A DNA stretch of 64,000 bases. Source: an uncultured Verrucomicrobiota bacterium. GTDB taxonomy: Bacteria; Verrucomicrobiota; Verrucomicrobiia; Limisphaerales; UBA1412. Each line of letters opens with the position of its first letter. Position 1 is the stretch's first letter. The translations under genes and the position numbers were made by a program. Below the pieces are notes generated by a model. That model did no database searches. It saw only the letters and a program-made list of their open reading frames with translations, and was not told the origin of the DNA. The stretch is from positions 4,166 through 68,165 of the forward strand of contig CALXMK010000011.1 in NCBI GenBank assembly GCA_944389455.1, given 5' to 3'. Shown here one piece after another: positions 60,290 to 64,000 of this stretch.

Positions 60290-61306
60290 TTATTCCAATT
60301 GTGTTCCGATTGTAAGAGAGGTTCCGCTAATGAATTGACGCGTTGGCAGAGGTTTTTTCCCTTCGCGCTGAAGCTCTAAAATGCGGAGTATACCTTCTCC
60401 GCAGGCGATCCAGAGTTCATCATTCTCTGCCCGAAGAATTGTGCCGGGAGGTGGAGCAGAAGGAGTATTGGAAGAGTTTTTCAAATAGTTGTCATTTTGA
60501 TTCTCTGTCAGAGAAAGCGGTTCTGCTTTAAGAATTTTGAGAAGAATCTTTTTATCTCCTTCAGTCAATAAACAATAAGTTCCGGGCCAGGGTGTCAATC
60601 CGCGAATGAGGGAATCGAGTTGCCGAGCTGACATAGTCCAATGGATCCGACCATCTTCTTTGGTAATTTTGCGTGCGTAGGTTGCTTTTGCTTCAGATTG
60701 TGGAGTGGGGATGATATTGCCGGATAAATAATCAGGCAGTGTTTTAATAAGTAGCTCTCCGCCTATTTGAGCTAGCCTGTCATGGAGAGTTTGTGCGTTA
60801 TCTTTATCCTCAATGGGGGTAGAACTCACGGCTAGGATATCCCCGGTATCGAGGCCTGCGTTCATTTTCATCAAAGTGACTCCTGTTGTGGATTTCCCGT
60901 CAATAATAGCCCATTGAATAGGGGCTGCTCCACGATAGAGAGGCAAGAGGGAGGTATGTATATTCAGGCAGCCATAGCGAGGAAGATCCAACAGTGGTTG
61001 GGGAAGAATCTTTCCATAGGCAGCGACAATAATTAAATCAGGGGCTAACTTTTGAAGCAGTTCAAGTGTTTCCGGAGTGCGGAGTTTCTCTGGTTGAAAG
61101 CAAGGAATTCCAAACTGAAGTGCGATGTTTTTGACGGGAGTAGGTTGAAGACGAAGTTTTCTTCCTTTGGGTTTGTCGGGTTGAGAAAGTACTGCAATGA
61201 TTTCCCAGGAGCTTTTGGGAGAGAAGGGCCGCGAGACGGAGGCGAGAGCTTTTAGACATTCGGCCGCCAGGTCTGGAGTGCCCATGAAGATAATTTTGTA
61301 TAACAT
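60290..61306 (-). CDS. fmt: Methionyl-tRNA formyltransferase
   Basis: IIFMGTPD N-terminus, the LNIHTSLLPLYRGAAPIQWAI catalytic motif, and a C-terminal tRNA-binding domain. Confidence 0.9.
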   Translation of the reverse strand: MLYKIIFMGTPDLAAECLKALASVSRPFSPKSSWEIIAVLSQPDKPKGRKLRLQPTPVKNIALQFGIPCFQPEKLRTPETLELLQKLAPDLIIVAAYGKILPQPLLDLPRYGCLNIHTSLLPLYRGAAPIQWAIIDGKSTTGVTLMKMNAGLDTGDILAVSSTPIEDKDNAQTLHDRLAQIGGELLIKTLPDYLSGNIIPTPQSEAKATYARKITKEDGRIHWTMSARQLDSLIRGLTPWPGTYCLLTEGDKKILLKILKAEPLSLTENQNDNYLKNSSNTPSAPPPGTILRAENDELWIACGEGILRILELQREGKKPLPTRQFISGTSLTIGTQLE

Positions 61307-61319
61307 AGAGATATTTTTA

Positions 61320-64000
61320 TTATCTATTAGATAGGTTAGGAATTGTTTTAGTCTGAGTGTTTTTGGTATTTCCTTTGAGCCAACCGATACGAGTCAGAAG
61401 TGTCATCAGGGAGGGAAGAGTTGTCAGAGAAGCAAGCATGCAAAGCAAAGTTCCGATTCCCATAACGAAGCCTAGACTTTGAATGCCTTGATGTTTTCCT
61501 AACATCAGACTGCCAAAGCCGGCAATGGTGGTTAGAGCTGAGATGATGACAGCCATTCCTGTACTGGTAGCCAGAATAACCGGTTTGCCTTCCTCGAGGT
61601 ATCGGTTCAGAATCTGAATTCCACCGGAGACGCCAACCCCGATAGTCATGGGTAGTGCCATGATATTTGCCGGATTAAAAGGAATTCCATAGATTACCAT
61701 GCAGCCAATTAGCCAGATCATCCCTACTAAAACGGGGATTAAGGCTAGTATAATATAGGTTATTCTGCGGAATCGCAGATAGAGCAGAATGAGAATGGCT
61801 GCTAAAGAGTACCATGCCGCTTCAATATAGCTGTTCTTCAGCAGTGAGGTGTATTCATAGAGCTGAACAGGAGAACCTGTAACATCGGGACAGATTGAAC
61901 GAATTTCAGAGATAAATTCTTCCTGGTTCTTCCGTTCCCAAATATCTTTTTTAGGGAAGATCTCGATAGCATAGAGGCCATTTTTACTCACAAATCGATT
62001 GTAGAGAGGGGAAGGAAGATCTTCTGGTTTAAGAGGTCCACTGTTATCTTGTGCTTTGAGTGTATCAAAGGTGGTGGCGATATCATTGAAGAAATAATAT
62101 TGGTAGAGACCAAGTTTGCGGGAGATTTTGTTGGTGTCTTCACGTAGAAAGCAAATGTTCATTTCGGTGATTTCATTAGCCAGTTCTCTGAGCATGGACA
62201 GAAGATCTCTTTGTTTAGGATCTTCTTTGACTTCTTCAATGGCGAAATTGATATATCCCAGCAGACGCTGAAGTTCTTCTTTGAGTTTAGGAATATCAAC
62301 GGAGTGGATTTCCGGCGGAGAAATCTGGAATTTGGAGACAATTTCCCGTATGCGTCCGATTCTTTCCAATCGTTCTTCCAGGTGTTCGTTTTGTGTAAGA
62401 CCTACGGCGGATTGGACGCTATAGACACTGGGGAGTTTTTTAAGTTCTTGTTGTAGTTTTAGTGCTTCTTCTTTATCCTCTGCCATAACGATACCATAAA
62501 GGACAGAGTTAGTTGCGGCAGCTAACAGTCGGTCTTGGAGTACGACGGCCGGAAGTCCTTTGGACTGCATATTCAGCAGGTTATAGTCAAAATAGATTTT
62601 AGGAAAAGCGAATATCAGGCAGATAAGGCAGAGAAGAAGGCTCAGAATAAAGAGAGGCCATGAGGTGCGCATCCAGAATTTGTCAATTTTTTCTCGAATC
62701 CAGGGATTACGGTAAATGACTTTTTTATTTTTAGATTTCCATTCGGCTCCTTTGAGAAGGATAATGGGAAGTAGAGTCATCATGGGTAGAAGACAAATAA
62801 TAAGCCCTCCTCCGCTGATGATTCCCATTTCTTTGACCCCTTGGAATTTGGCAAATCCCATGGCTAAGAAAGCTCCAGCAGTAGCCAATCCACCAGTGAA
62901 AACACCTAAACCAGTATTAATTAGTGAGATGTGGATTGATTTGGCGGGGGAGTGTCCCTTGGCAAGTTCTTCTTCGAAACGACTGACCAGGTGTACTCCA
63001 AAATCGATTCCGAGGCCAATTAACATGGGGAGAAAAGTAATCGTGAGCAGGTTAAGTCTTCCAACAACCAGAGTAGTCCATCCCATAGTGAAGATTAATC
63101 CCAGCATGAGACAGAATACTGCGGCTATAGGACGATGGAACTCTCGGTATCCGTAACAGAAGATAAGTAAGCAGAGAATGAGAGAGACGATAGTTGAGAG
63201 GGTTGTGTCATGCTGACTTTGCTGCATTTCGTCAAATTCAAGAACAGGTTCCCCGGTAATGCCTACATTGATTCCACCGATCTTCATTTTTGTGTCTTCA
63301 ATAAGTTCACGCAAACGGGATACGACTTGAAAATTGAGTTTTTCGTCGGTTGCATGGAGGTTAATGACATACATTTTGCCATTATCGAAGGTAAGATATT
63401 GTTGGCTTTCAGCTTGCTCGCCTGAGCCAAAGAGCGCTGCTAACCCAGGGGAAAGAGGTGGACCAGGATTGACTGCAGCCTGATATGCACCACGCAGAAT
63501 GCGGGAGAGTGCGGGAAGAGTATTAATCATATTTTTCGCCTCTTCACTTTCTTCTCCTTTGTTCTGGATTTCCATGAAGCTGTTATTGATATATTTAAAG
63601 AGCCCAACCAAATTAGTGGCTGTCATGAAGTTGGTGATGTAGGGAGCGTAGTTTTGGAGTTCTTCTTCCAATTCAGTCAGTGTCTGGTTATCTACAAAGA
63701 GAAGAGCTTTTTTCCCCATCATTTTTAGGTCTCCTTTGTAGAAAACATCAGTAAAGAGATTGGTTTCCTGTTCCAGACGATGACCAAGGATTTCTACAAA
63801 TTTGCGATTTCGTTCAAAGTTATCGCTTTCAACAATGACGACAATATCATCTTGGTTGGGGAATTCCTGTTTATATTTTAAGAAGATTTGATGATATTTT
63901 TTATCGGCGCCAACCAAGGCATTACGGTCGGTACTGAACTGGAGATGTTTTATAGTATACCAACTGCAGAGAACAGCTAGGAGAAGTTGAAAAAGAATAA
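61320..64000 (-). CDS. MMPL/RND-superfamily transporter (HpnN-like), 5' end beyond the window
   Basis: Two 6-TM bundles with large loop domains. The reading frame stays open upstream of the ORF-track TTG at 63917 all the way to position 64000 (...ILFQLLLAVLCSWYTIKHLQFSTDRNALVGAD), which adds the expected first TM helix. Confidence 0.7.
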   Translation of the reverse strand, partial: ILFQLLLAVLCSWYTIKHLQFSTDRNALVGADKKYHQIFLKYKQEFPNQDDIVVIVESDNFERNRKFVEILGHRLEQETNLFTDVFYKGDLKMMGKKALLFVDNQTLTELEEELQNYAPYITNFMTATNLVGLFKYINNSFMEIQNKGEESEEAKNMINTLPALSRILRGAYQAAVNPGPPLSPGLAALFGSGEQAESQQYLTFDNGKMYVINLHATDEKLNFQVVSRLRELIEDTKMKIGGINVGITGEPVLEFDEMQQSQHDTTLSTIVSLILCLLIFCYGYREFHRPIAAVFCLMLGLIFTMGWTTLVVGRLNLLTITFLPMLIGLGIDFGVHLVSRFEEELAKGHSPAKSIHISLINTGLGVFTGGLATAGAFLAMGFAKFQGVKEMGIISGGGLIICLLPMMTLLPIILLKGAEWKSKNKKVIYRNPWIREKIDKFWMRTSWPLFILSLLLCLICLIFAFPKIYFDYNLLNMQSKGLPAVVLQDRLLAAATNSVLYGIVMAEDKEEALKLQQELKKLPSVYSVQSAVGLTQNEHLEERLERIGRIREIVSKFQISPPEIHSVDIPKLKEELQRLLGYINFAIEEVKEDPKQRDLLSMLRELANEITEMNICFLREDTNKISRKLGLYQYYFFNDIATTFDTLKAQDNSGPLKPEDLPSPLYNRFVSKNGLYAIEIFPKKDIWERKNQEEFISEIRSICPDVTGSPVQLYEYTSLLKNSYIEAAWYSLAAILILLYLRFRRITYIILALIPVLVGMIWLIGCMVIYGIPFNPANIMALPMTIGVGVSGGIQILNRYLEEGKPVILATSTGMAVIISALTTIAGFGSLMLGKHQGIQSLGFVMGIGTLLCMLASLTTLPSLMTLLTRIGWLKGNTKNTQTKTIPNLSNR

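Overview
This 64-kb window is mostly core chromosome from a moderately low-GC bacterium. The gene content hints at an anaerobic member of the PVC group (Verrucomicrobia, Lentisphaerae or Kiritimatiellae-like): rubrerythrin, ADP-forming acetyl-CoA synthetase, a TAT-exported TIM-barrel isomerase, FGE-domain, GLUG, BspA-type LRR and lamin-tail-domain proteins. That placement is inference only. Clear housekeeping genes are gyrB-gyrA, smc, mutS, murI, fmt, lpd, rbr, a fused metX-metW, a beta-CASP RNase and an MsbA-like ABC exporter. I found no rRNA, tRNA, CRISPR array, integrase, transposase or recognisable defence genes. Stop codons are ordinary code 11 (TAA, TAG and TGA all used). Five loci deserve a second look. 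(1) A translationally coupled five-gene cluster at 45861-54626: ABC ATPase, ABC-2 permease, GldG-like, DUF4340-like and a 1148-aa AsmA-like protein, possibly an uncharacterised envelope lipid or glycolipid export module. (2) Three exact DnaA boxes in the AT-rich divergent spacer upstream of smc, where gene orientation flips (candidate oriC or DnaA-controlled region). (3) A divergent transketolase paired with a uronate-isomerase-like amidohydrolase. (4) An AT-rich BspA-like LRR surface protein gene with near-identical 69-bp intragenic repeats. (5) A small EamA transporter gene broken by one in-frame TGA. Several rho-independent terminators and two notable palindromes are also visible. All family calls come from motif recognition by eye; no searches were run.
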